Assembly (NCBI GenBank): GCA_965178125.1 | Contig: OZ237741.1 | Location: 992,001 to 1,056,000 of the forward strand | Length of the DNA: 64,000 nucleotides | From: Bilabrum cf. latius | Taxonomy: Eukaryota | Reading direction: 5' to 3' | The notes under the pieces: generated by a model | The model's database searches: none | Seen by the model: only the letters and a program-made list of their open reading frames with translations | Told to the model about the DNA's origin: nothing | Shown here: piece by piece, positions 13,701-22,741 of the stretch | How positions within the stretch are numbered: position 1 is the stretch's first letter | Layout of the letters: each line of letters begins with the position of its first letter | Position numbers and translations under genes: made by a program

Positions 13701-14331
13701 CCCGATGGGCAAGCCGCCGCGCGGCTCTTCCATTGGCAGCAGCGGCGGCGTCGCTGCTGCGACACCCTCGCAGCGCCCAGGGGCCAATCGACCGGGACAG
13801 CCTGCCCAACTGCACGCGGGCTGGTCCGGGGGCACAGGGGGGCCCAGGCTGGGCAGACCGGCGAGCGTGTCGGGCCAGTCGTGGGGTTGGGCCAGCGGCG
13901 TCTCGGGGTCGACGAGTGCCCTGGACCCGGCCGAGCAGGAGGCGGCGAGCGAGCTTGAGGGCTGGTTGGACGTGTCCAGCACTGCTGCGGTGCCTGCAAC
14001 TCTGCGCGCGGTGAGGCCGCCCGCTGTCCCGCCCCTGTTCACGGATGCGGCGGGGGCGATGGGCGGGCCGCTGCGCGTCTGCAACGCCTGCTGGCCCGCG
14101 CTGCAGTGCGTGCCCGAGCTGAGGCCCGCGCAGATCAGGGCGGCCGGGTCTCGGCTGAGGACTTTGCAGAGGGAGGCGCATACTGCGGTTGCCTTGCACA
14201 GGCAGGGGCTGCTCGATGCCCATACCCAGGCGGCCCTGCGTGCCTCCAGCAGCGGGACGGCGGCGCTGGCGGCCATGTCCTCTGATGACGCGCTGGCTGG
14301 GGCGGCGGCCCTGGGACACGAGGAGGGGTGA
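10774..14331 (+). CDS. Coiled-coil protein with split FYVE zinc finger
   Basis: Single frame ATG10774 to TGA14331 with 8 TAGs (10819, 10894, 11128, 11275, 11287, 11458, 11698, 12703). FYVE motifs WSAD..CTLC..F...RQHHCRCCGMVVCSQC and distal RVCNACW. A small in-frame intron near 10965-11070 cannot be excluded. Confidence 0.78.
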
Positions 14332-14612
14332 GCGCCCCCCTTGACGGCAATGTGCTACCCTAGATCACATTTTTTGCGAGTGCGCGAGGCTCGATCTGCG
14401 CCCTGGATACGTGGTGTGACGAGTGAGTAGGACGTGACGATGACGAGGTGCACGAGCAAAAGATGGCAAGATGCGCTGTAACCATATCCGGGGCATGTTG
14501 GCCGGGTACCATTTTGAGCATTCTGGCCTGAACTACATAACCCAGTACTGTGTCTTACGAATGGAACAAGTCAATACGTGCTGAGGAAGCATCGCGCCAC
14601 TCGGAACCAAAC

Positions 14613-17417
14613 TCAGGATTCCATGTCGGCCGCGCCTCCGCCGGCGGAACCGCCGGAATCCCCTCCGAAAAAGTCACCAAAGTTGTATGCCTCCCCCTTG
14701 GGCTTGCCTCCCATCCCGCCGCTGTCCTCTTCGCCAGCGTCCATGGCCTGCGACGCCGCTTTGCCCATGCTGCCCGCCCCCTTGGAGGCTCGCCTGGACT
14801 TCTTCCTGGCGTCCTTGGCCGCCTTTCTCCTGCCCCTGGCGTCGAGCGCAGTCGTCCCCTCCATCCCCATGCCCAGCTCGTCTCTCTCCGGGACCAGCGT
14901 GGAGGACGAGGACGGCCCGGTGCTGGGGCCAGCTCCACGAGACTTGACCGCCGCGGCGCCGGCGCGCGCCCCCACTACGACCCTGGCACTCTGCTGCGAA
15001 TCCCCCCCGCTGCCGCCGGCGGACGGGGCCCGCAGCCCAGCCGCCCCGTCCTTGTCCTCGTCCTCGTCGTCCACCATGGCGGCTCGCAGCGCCTCGGCCG
15101 CCCCGCCGGTGCTCGGCATGGCACCGGAAGAGGCCAGGGCCACGAAGCCGCCCGACTCATCGTCTCCTCCCTGCAGCAAAAAGAAAAGCAGCGTTGCGAA
15201 TGCAGAACTCGAATGTAGTGGGCAGACACAGACAGAGGCTGGCGCACTTCCTAGCAAGCTGCTGCTGCACGAGCGCAAACAAAAGCAAGCAAACAAGCAC
15301 AAGTCGTTGTGCAATACGGCGTGCGGGAAGGACAACTACGGGACCAGCCGTGGGTCATCATCGGCGGCCCCAACTCTCGGCCCCGCCCCGCCGCCGGCCG
15401 CCACCAGCCGCGACCCCTCCCGCTCGCAGCCGCACACCCGCTCCAAGGAGCGGCACTGCAGCGCGCGGGCACGAGGGCAAAACGGCAGCGACGGCTCGGC
15501 GACCCCGCTCAGAGGACGCAGCCCCCTACCTGCAGCAGACCGAGAGCACCGCAACATTCCCCAACCCCCCCACGCTCGAAAGTCCCCGAAGGAACCCCCG
15601 AAAGAAGAGGAGAAAGAAGAGGAAGCGAAGCCCCTGGACTGGAGCGTCAGGAACTGCGCCTTCGATCTCCGGGCGGAGGCTCCCGTGAAAACGGCCGGCG
15701 GCCCGGCGCAGAAAGCGACGGGCCATAGTGGCCAGGGAGACGCGTTGCTGTGGCGCGCAGGTAACGAGCCCGGGCGTGGGGGAACACGGCCCAGGGCCCT
15801 GACTTAATGCGCGCGAAACACGACAAACAAGCAAGGACACTTCAAGCAAGCACCAAGGCAGCAAGCCAACACGCAGTCACGAGCACGTTGAGACACAGGC
15901 ACAGCACTGGAGAGCAGCATCAATACACAAATGCAAACAGCACGCGCACTCACGTCCATAGCTGCAGACGAAGACGAAGAAGAAGACGACGAAGAAGAAG
16001 ATGATGGTACGGCCATGCCGCCACCGAACCCTACCATGGTGGCTGCCTCATCCCCCGACATCGAGGCGGCACCGGGACCCGACGAGGCCGCGCTCGTGGG
16101 CGGCAGCGTGTAGAATGGCACCTTGCCTGCCTGCCAGTCCGTGAGCACAGACCTCGCCGCCGCGACCAGGTCGTGCTTGCCTCCCTTGCTGAGCTTGCCC
16201 CTGGCCTGGGCCACGTGTCTGAGGAACTCCTCCGCGTCGGCAAACCGAGGCACCGAGTAGATCTCCATGAGCCTCTCTGGGGAACAACGGCGGAGGATTC
16301 CCTCCACCGCGAGCTCCGGGTCACCCATGGAATCCAGGCTCACGCAGTTGCGCAGCAGGAGACCAGCCCCGCCATCGTCCAGCCCCCCAAGCCCAGCGCC
16401 GTCGTCAAACACGATCCCGGGGCAATCGAGAAGCCTCACCTGGGAGTCCAGCGCGATCTCGTGGACCGCCTTGGTGAACCCAGGGCGGGGACTCACGCCC
16501 ACGGCCCTTCCCCTCTTGAGGGTGTTGATGATGCTGCTCTTCCCTACGTTGGGGTAACCGATGACCCCAACAGACACGGCCTTGCGTGGTGCGCCGGCCC
16601 CGCCGCTGCCGTCGCCGTCGGCCCTCCCGTAGTTCTTGATCAGCTGAAGCAGCTGCTCCGCACCGGCCGCGCCCGCACCCGTGACGGCCTTCCCCTCCTC
16701 CCTGAGGGCCCGCCCCACCCTGGACCCGGAAAAGGCGGCCAGCTTGCCTTTCTGCGACTGGGTAGAGGCCTTGAAGGCCACCGTGGGGAAGAAGCGCTTC
16801 AGGTACTCTACCCACTGCGTGACGACTGGCCCGGGCACCAGATCGATCTTGTTCAGGACAAGCACGACCTTCTTGCCCTTGCCCAGGCCCAAAATGAAGC
16901 TCTCCACGTCGGGGGCGCGGCAGGCCATGGGGTCACGGGCGTCGAGCACCTCGAGGATCACGTCGGCCTTCTCCACCACCGTGCGCATGTGGCGATAAAA
17001 CGCCTTGCGGTTGGCGGCTGCTTCTGAAAGCGCACCGGCTTGCTTGTACGGGCTAGAGCCGGAAGCTGCGGCACCGTCGGCGCCGTGCACGCGAGCAAAC
17101 TCCTGGCCTCGAGCCGCGGCATCCGCTGCAAGCGAGCCGAGGTCTCCCCTCCGGCGAGCTTCTACAGCTGCCTCACGCATTGCTTTGGCACTACGCTGCA
17201 TTTTCATCGTGTCGGCCATTCGCTTGGCCTACTTCATCAGCCGCTCCTTGAACGGATGCAAGTTCGGGACGCCAGGGTCCTTGCTCAAGGTTTTCTGCCC
17301 CTTGGGATTCAGCCTCGCAACTCGGCGCATCTTGCGCTTATGCTCTTTGACCTTATCCTTGATCGCATACTTTCTGCGCAGAGGCTGCCTCTTTGACTGC
17401 TTCTTTGTGATCGGCAT
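14613..17417 (-). CDS. Nucleolar circularly permuted GTPase, GNL3/GNL3L/NUG1-like
   Basis: Basic N-terminus (KQSKRQPLRRKYAIKDKVKEHKRK...KDPGVPNLHPFK), TAG at 17229-17231, then DVILEVLDARDP, NKIDL, GYPNVGKSS and DCPG motifs. Intron 15171-15953 (GTGAGT..CTGCAG). Last exon ends AYNFGDFF...TGA 14613. Confidence 0.92.
15305..15816 (-). ncRNA. Intronic box H/ACA snoRNA, U19/snR191 (SNORA74)-like, expanded
   Basis: 5' hairpin has a GCGCGCA/TGCGCGC base stem, pocket strands AGUCA and GUUAC, and H box ACAGCA 14 nt downstream. 3' hairpin has pocket strands GAGAGU and UAGUUG. Both pockets match LSU rRNA helix 69 (GUAACUAUGACUCUC). ACA at 15308-15310; U-rich flanks. Ends are approximate. Confidence 0.75.
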
Positions 17418-17678
17418 GCTTGTTGCCCAGTTCTTCCAGCTGCAACTTCCCTAGGTTTACAGGAAATTAAAACTCGTCTGCACTTTCTAAGCGATACAGT
17501 AATATGAAATACTATACTACTGATTTGAGTCGAGCCAAAAAGTTCCAGTCTACCACACTGGTGGCTAGTTGATGTGTGTGCACTTGCAGCACGCATGTGC
17601 CCTGCAACTAACAATTTCCAAGGTCCTTGATATATTTAGTGTGGTTTGTATATCATTGTTTTGAATGGCTCGAATGTC

Positions 17679-17750
17679 GCCAGCATCGTACAACGGTCAG
17701 TACATTAGACTCTGAATCTAGGGACCCGGGTTCGACTCCCGGTGCAGGCT
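17679..17750 (+). tRNA. tRNA-Gln, anticodon CTG
   Basis: 72-nt cloverleaf: acceptor GCCAGCA/TGCAGGC (A4:A69 mismatch), anticodon arm TTAGA-CT-CTG-AA-TCTAG, T arm CCGGG-TTCGACT-CCCGG, U73, followed by T runs. Confidence 0.93.
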
Positions 17751-17784
17751 CGCCGCGAAATTTTTAATTTTTAGTCTTTCATAT

Positions 17785-17950
17785 CCCACTGCCGGCAGCC
17801 CACCGTACCGCCATGGCCTGCCCACCACCTACAGGCGCAGGGCCGAGCAGGGGGCGCGGGGGCTCCCCGTCTCAACGGGTAGTGGTGGTGGTGGTGGTGG
17901 TGGGGCCTCCGGGACGCCCCCCGGTGGGACCATTCACGGTGGTGGGGACA
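17785..17950 (+). other. GC-rich structured element downstream of tRNA-Gln (homologous to the 154-bp unit)
   Basis: Closing stem CCCACTGCCG/CGGTGGTGGG. Shares GCCCAC..ACAGGC.CA.RGCCGAGC and GGGGCCTCCGGGACG with the array units. Confidence 0.5.
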
Positions 17951-18237
17951 CTTTCCCTTTTTTCCGTCCAGTCGCGCTCTGCCGTGCCGGCTGCAAGGGG
18001 CACGCACGCCATGCCACGCCACCAAGCCGAGGAGGGCCGGGGCCCCGGGTGGTTGGCGGCGGCGGGGGTATCGGTGAGCCATTTGCTTGTCAATAGCCTT
18101 GCGTTTGTCTGTGCAACCAATGCATCATGTTCAGCCGCCGCGTATATACACAGGGCGTACCCCTGTGTGCTGCGATTCCACTCCATTGATGGTCGCGCGC
18201 CGCCTGGCCTCCCATCCCAACCCTGCCAGGCCCGGAG

Positions 18238-19355
18238 TCAGGAGCTCCCGCCTAGCTCCGCGCCCGCCCCGCCCCCCTGCCCGTTGAGCGTTTCCAGCGC
18301 CACGAGGAGTGCCTGCGTGCCCTTCCTGCCCATCCCCTGCGCCTAAACCGCGAGGTAGAGCTGCTCGGCCAGCGCGAGACCGGGCATGGATAGCCCCATC
18401 CGCCTCGCCTCTGCCAGCGCGATGCCCAGGTCCTTGAGAAAGTGCTCCACGAAGAAGCCGGGCTCGAAGTCTCGCTTCACCATGCGGGGGCACAGGTTGT
18501 TCAGGGACCAAGAACCGGCCGCGCCCTGCCCCACGGCCTCGATGACGAGCGCGGGATCGAGTCCCGCTCGGTACGAGTAGAGCATCGCCTCGCAGCAGCC
18601 GATCATGTTGGTCGCAATCAGCACCTGGTTGGCCATCTTGGTGTGCTGGCCCATGCCCGGGCCGCCCATGTGACGAATGTTCTTGCCCATGGCCTCCAGG
18701 AGCGGCTGCACCGCACGAAGGTGCTCGCTCTCCCCCCCCACCATGATGCTCAGCGCGGCGTTCCGGGCCCCGACGTCGCCGCCGCTCACCGGCGCGTCGA
18801 TGGCACCCACGCCCCGGCTCGCGGCACGTGCTGCGATTTCTTGCGCCAGGGAGGGCTCGCTCGTCGTCATGTCTACGAGGACGGGCGCAGCGGCGGCATC
18901 CTAGCGGTCGGCCAGGCCGGCGAGCGCGCCCGTCTCCTGGTCCAGAATGACGGACCGAACGTCCGAGGGATACCCCACGATCGAAAACACTACGTCAGAC
19001 CTCTCGGCTACCTCCCTTGGCGTGGACGCGAGGGCCGCGCCCGCGTCTACCAGCGGCTGGCACTTGCTTGCCGTCCTGCTGAAGACCGTGGCCTCATACC
19101 CCGCGTCCAAGAGGTGCTAGCACATCCAACGCCCCATCACACCGGTCCCTGCGATGCGTGGTAGCGATACGGTGGCTTTGCGAGTACATTCGTGGGGATT
19201 GTTGCGATCAAGGCCGCGACGCGCGGCAAGTGCAACTGTTCGTAGCGCAACCACTGACCGATCCAGCCCACGCGGGGCTTTGAGCCAGCCGCTGAAGTCT
19301 GGCTTGTGCCGAAGCAACGTCTACTGCTACGTACGAGCTATCTTAGCCCGCGCAT
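18238..19355 (-). CDS. NAD(P)-dependent beta-hydroxyacid dehydrogenase (3-hydroxyisobutyrate/tartronate semialdehyde reductase family), probable mitochondrial presequence
   Basis: ATG19355 [21 protein letters not shown], intron 19149-19258, then [38 protein letters not shown]. TAGs at 19338, 19117, 18901, 18343; TGA 18238. Confidence 0.9.
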
Positions 19356-19592
19356 GCCTTGTGGGGCAAATAGAAGGGCGGCACGACGGATGCTTGCTTC
19401 ATCTTTGGATCGCCCCCGGGCCAGTCGTCACCTCATCACCTGGAGAGCACCGCCGCAGATCGCACAGTTCGATTGCAGGTGAGCGCTTCGGCAAACAGGC
19501 ATTGTATCTTTCGTTGCGTGATTGAGTGCAGCCGACGCTGCCGCGACGCCCGCTCTGCGTTTTGTCCCGCACGGCGCAGCACTCCCAATCAC

Positions 19593-20798
19593 ATGCGCTC
19601 CGTTGCGGACCTGGTGCTGCTCGCATCCCTGGCAGTCCCTGCCGCGCTTGCCCTGGGGCCGTACACGAAGGATTGGCCGCAGTTTGGCCGATTCTCGGAT
19701 TTCCAGTCGTACAATCCGGCGCCGACGACTCCCACGTCGGCGCACCCGGAGTGGACGTGGAAGGCTCCGGCCAGCCTCGTCGCGTCGCCTGCCGTCGCTG
19801 GCGACCTTCTCTACGTCGGCTGCAGCGATGGAAACATGTACCAGTTCAACGTGACCGAGGCGAGCGGCGAGCCCGTGTGGGCGTTCAAGACGCAGGGAGA
19901 GGTTCGCTCGTCTCCCGCGGTGCTGGACGACCGGTCCGTCGTCTTTGGGAGCTACGACGCCAGCGTGTACCGCGTGTCATCGCAGGGCGACAAGATCTGG
20001 TCCTTTGCGACCAAGTCGAGCGTGTACGCGCCCGCCTCCGTGCACAACGACTCGGTGCTGATCGGCAGCTTCGACAAGCACCTGTACCGCCTGGACGCCA
20101 AGACGGGAGCGATGGTCTGGTCCTACAAAACGGGCTCGGCCGTCAACTCGGGGGCCGCGGTGAGCGACGAGCTCGGCTTGGTGGTGGTGATGAGCTTCGA
20201 CAAGTCCGTGCACGCCGTGGATTTCGCCACGGGGGAGGCGAGGTGGACCTTCGACACGGGGGCGCCCTCGGGCTCCACACCCGTCATCGCCCAGGGCATG
20301 GCCTTTGTGGGTTCCTGGAGCCAGAAGGAGTACGGGATCGACCTGAGGACGGGCCAGCCCAAGTGGACCTACGCCTCGGGGGGTGAGATCGAGAGCCACG
20401 CGGCCTACAGGCAGGGCGTGGTGTACGGGACCGCGGAGGAATCCAAGCGGGTGTTCGCCGTGGACTCGAGCACCGGGAAGGAGATCTGGTCTGTGTCCCA
20501 GGCGACCCAGGAGGTGAACGGGAGCCCCTCTCTCACGGACAGCGTGCTGTACTACGGTGCCAACGACCAGATCATGCGGGCGGTGGACATCACCAGCGGG
20601 AAGCTCCTCTTCCAGGTGCAGGCGGCTTCCAACGTCTTCTCCTCGGCCGCCATCGCAGACGACGGCTGGGTGTACTTTGGCTGCAACACGGCCACGCTGG
20701 ACGGCGAGGAGGGCGCTCAGGTGACGGGCCCCGAGTCCACGGTGGGGGTGCTGTACGCCATCAACCCCAGCAAGCACATGCAAGAGCAGGGGCAGTGA
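19593..20798 (+). CDS. Secreted PQQ-binding-like beta-propeller protein (BamB/AfsK-type repeats)
   Basis: Signal peptide MRSVADLVLLASLAVPAALA. Repeated SSPAV..VxxGSxD..xYA(V/L)DxxTG..xW motifs. Intronless, no TAG, TGA stop. Confidence 0.85.
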   Translation: MRSVADLVLLASLAVPAALALGPYTKDWPQFGRFSDFQSYNPAPTTPTSAHPEWTWKAPASLVASPAVAGDLLYVGCSDGNMYQFNVTEASGEPVWAFKTQGEVRSSPAVLDDRSVVFGSYDASVYRVSSQGDKIWSFATKSSVYAPASVHNDSVLIGSFDKHLYRLDAKTGAMVWSYKTGSAVNSGAAVSDELGLVVVMSFDKSVHAVDFATGEARWTFDTGAPSGSTPVIAQGMAFVGSWSQKEYGIDLRTGQPKWTYASGGEIESHAAYRQGVVYGTAEESKRVFAVDSSTGKEIWSVSQATQEVNGSPSLTDSVLYYGANDQIMRAVDITSGKLLFQVQAASNVFSSAAIADDGWVYFGCNTATLDGEEGAQVTGPESTVGVLYAINPSKHMQEQGQ

Positions 20799-21144
20799 CC
20801 GCGAGGTGAATCGGGGCAGCGCCCCCACTGGAGGTAACAGGGGCTGCTTCGGCTGGGACACGGTTCCATCTGTGGATCGGAGCACCGGATGATCGGGGTG
20901 CGAGTGGTGCGCTCTGCTGGCTGGCTTGACGCCGCATCACGGTGGTTATGCGCTCGCGACAAGCTTGCATGCAGAGCGTGCAAGCAGTACGCTGCACGAC
21001 TTGTTGATCAACGCCGCACTCCATACGCTCCATCATTCATCAAAATAGCTGGCCACGTCTGCACATCGCTCTGCGCGGCGCGGCCGCGCACTGCAGTTGC
21101 ACCAAACAGCGGCGCCTCGGCTCTCGCTTTGCACACGCGCGTCC

Positions 21145-22266
21145 ATGGCATCGGCAGCGGCCGTGTCTCGGAAAGATTGGGACCCGCTTGGAGATGCCTT
21201 TTCCGGAGGAGCCCGATCCTTGCCACGTACCGCGATTCGACGGCTGCAGAAGGAGCTGCAGTCGCTGGCCAAGTCTCCGCTGCCCGGGGTGCTCGCCCAG
21301 TGCGACGAGAAGGACGTCTCGCTGCTTCACGTCCTTATCGTTGGCGCAGAGGATACGCCGTACGCTCACGGGTTCTTTCACTTTCTGCTTCGGTACCCGC
21401 CAGATTATCCAAGCAGCCCACCACGGGTCCGATTCATGACGACAGACAGCGGGACGCTGAGAATACACCCAAACCTCTATCAGAATGGAAAGGTGTGCCT
21501 GAGCATTCTCGGCACGTGGGTAGGACCGGGCTGGACGCCGAGCCTCACGACAACGTCGGTCCTCCTGTCCATTCAGAGCCAGATCATGCAGAAGGACGCG
21601 CTGCGCTGCGAGCCCGGATTCGAAGCCGCAGACTCCTCGAGCATACAATTATTCGACCGGTGGGCAGAGCACGAGACGGCTCGAGTCGGCATTTTGGGCC
21701 AGCTGGGCGATCGCAGCACGCTGCCCGTCGCTCTCAAGGAGCAGGCCCAGTCCGTGTTTGCTGCCACAGGAGAGTCGGCCGCCTCCCGCTGCCAGGAACT
21801 CGCCCGCGAGCTGCCGGATGGGACAGCATTCCGGGATCCCGGGAAGTGGAACACCGGCAGGAAGTTCCGCTTCGGCTCGCTGGCCGAGCAGCTGCTCGAG
21901 GCCTGGAAGGGGGCCAACCCGGGGGGGGGCTCCGAGGAGGCCGCCGCCGCCGCCGCCGCCGCGGAGCCAGTCGACGAGGCGGAGGGGGTGCCGAGCGCTG
22001 CGCGGGGCGGCGCCGGAGGGAGCGGCAGCACCGGTGCTGCTGTGGAAGGGGATGGGGCGGGTGCTGCTGTGGAAGGGGATGGGGCGGGTGCTGCTGTGGA
22101 AGGGGATGGGGCGGGTGCTGCTGATGGGGATGGGGGTGTTGCCAGTGGGGCGGAGTGCGACAGCGACGGCTCCACTTCTTCTTCGTCGTCGAGCTCCTCC
22201 TCGTCCTCCTCCTCTGACGGCAGCACAGCAAGACCCAGTGGAGCCACAAAGGATGCTGCACAATGA
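21145..22266 (+). CDS. Ubiquitin-conjugating enzyme E2, UBE2Z/BIRC6-type UBC domain
   Basis: RRLQKEL...GAEDTPYAHGFFHF...YPSSPP...HPNLYQNGKVCLSILGTW with catalytic Cys. Low-complexity tail with a 27-bp repeat (GAAVEGDGA x3); TGA stop. Confidence 0.9.
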   Translation: MASAAAVSRKDWDPLGDAFSGGARSLPRTAIRRLQKELQSLAKSPLPGVLAQCDEKDVSLLHVLIVGAEDTPYAHGFFHFLLRYPPDYPSSPPRVRFMTTDSGTLRIHPNLYQNGKVCLSILGTWVGPGWTPSLTTTSVLLSIQSQIMQKDALRCEPGFEAADSSSIQLFDRWAEHETARVGILGQLGDRSTLPVALKEQAQSVFAATGESAASRCQELARELPDGTAFRDPGKWNTGRKFRFGSLAEQLLEAWKGANPGGGSEEAAAAAAAAEPVDEAEGVPSAARGGAGGSGSTGAAVEGDGAGAAVEGDGAGAAVEGDGAGAADGDGGVASGAECDSDGSTSSSSSSSSSSSSSDGSTARPSGATKDAAQ

Positions 22267-22498
22267 ATCGAATTGAAGATGCACAGCTGTCCATATGCTG
22301 CTACATATTGCAAAGCATCCATGAGAACACTACACACCACCACGCGCATCCCACAGGCTTCATCTGCTGACACCATTTTACAGGCCAAGCAGTCAGGTTC
22401 CTGTCACCAACCACACAACCACGTAACCACCATTTGTTGAGAGAGAAGAGGGGGGGGGGTGGGTCCCCCTGGCTCAGCTCTGTGCCTGCAGTGCAGGT

Positions 22499-22696
22499 GG
22501 GGAGGGTAGTGGGCTGCCGTGGGGAGGGTGGTGGGCTGCCGTGGGGAGGGTGGTGGGCTGCCGTGGGGAGGGTAGTGGGCTGCCGTGGGGAGGGTGGTGG
22601 GCTGCCATGGGGAGGGTGGTGGGCTGCCATGGGGAGGGTAGTGGGCTGCCGTGGGGAGGGTGGTGGGCTGCCATGGGGAGGGTGGTGGCCTGTCGG
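22499..22696. repeat. 22-bp G-rich minisatellite, 8 copies plus 1 degenerate
   Basis: Unit GGGGAGGGT(A/G)GTGGGCTGCC(G/A)T read directly from the sequence. Confidence 0.95.
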
Positions 22697-22741
22697 CAGT
22701 CGTGCAGAGATGGGGCATTGTAAATAAAAAAAAATAAAAAA

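Noticed and set aside
12702-14276. Long antisense ORFs (also 14578-15807, 28992-30725, 51057-51917)
   Set aside because: Shadow frames opposite well-supported GC-rich genes, with no recognisable motifs.
15355-15362. C-box-like GATGATGA on the - strand
   Set aside because: It sits in the apical loop of the H/ACA 3' hairpin with no suitable downstream D box.
15578-15587. GAAAGTCCCC resembling the RNase MRP P4 motif (+ strand)
   Set aside because: No matching 3' P4 strand was found; it is the antisense of a UUCG hairpin in the - strand snoRNA.
17712-17714. Amber suppressor tRNA(CUA)
   Set aside because: The anticodon is CTG in both copies; the nearby CTA belongs to the anticodon stem.
19117-19119. 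UAG as Trp (A-to-I editing) or pyrrolysine
   Set aside because: Contexts are polar, coiled-coil or poly-Gln positions rather than Trp sites, and TAGs are too many and too scattered for Pyl. U-to-C editing to CAG remains formally open.
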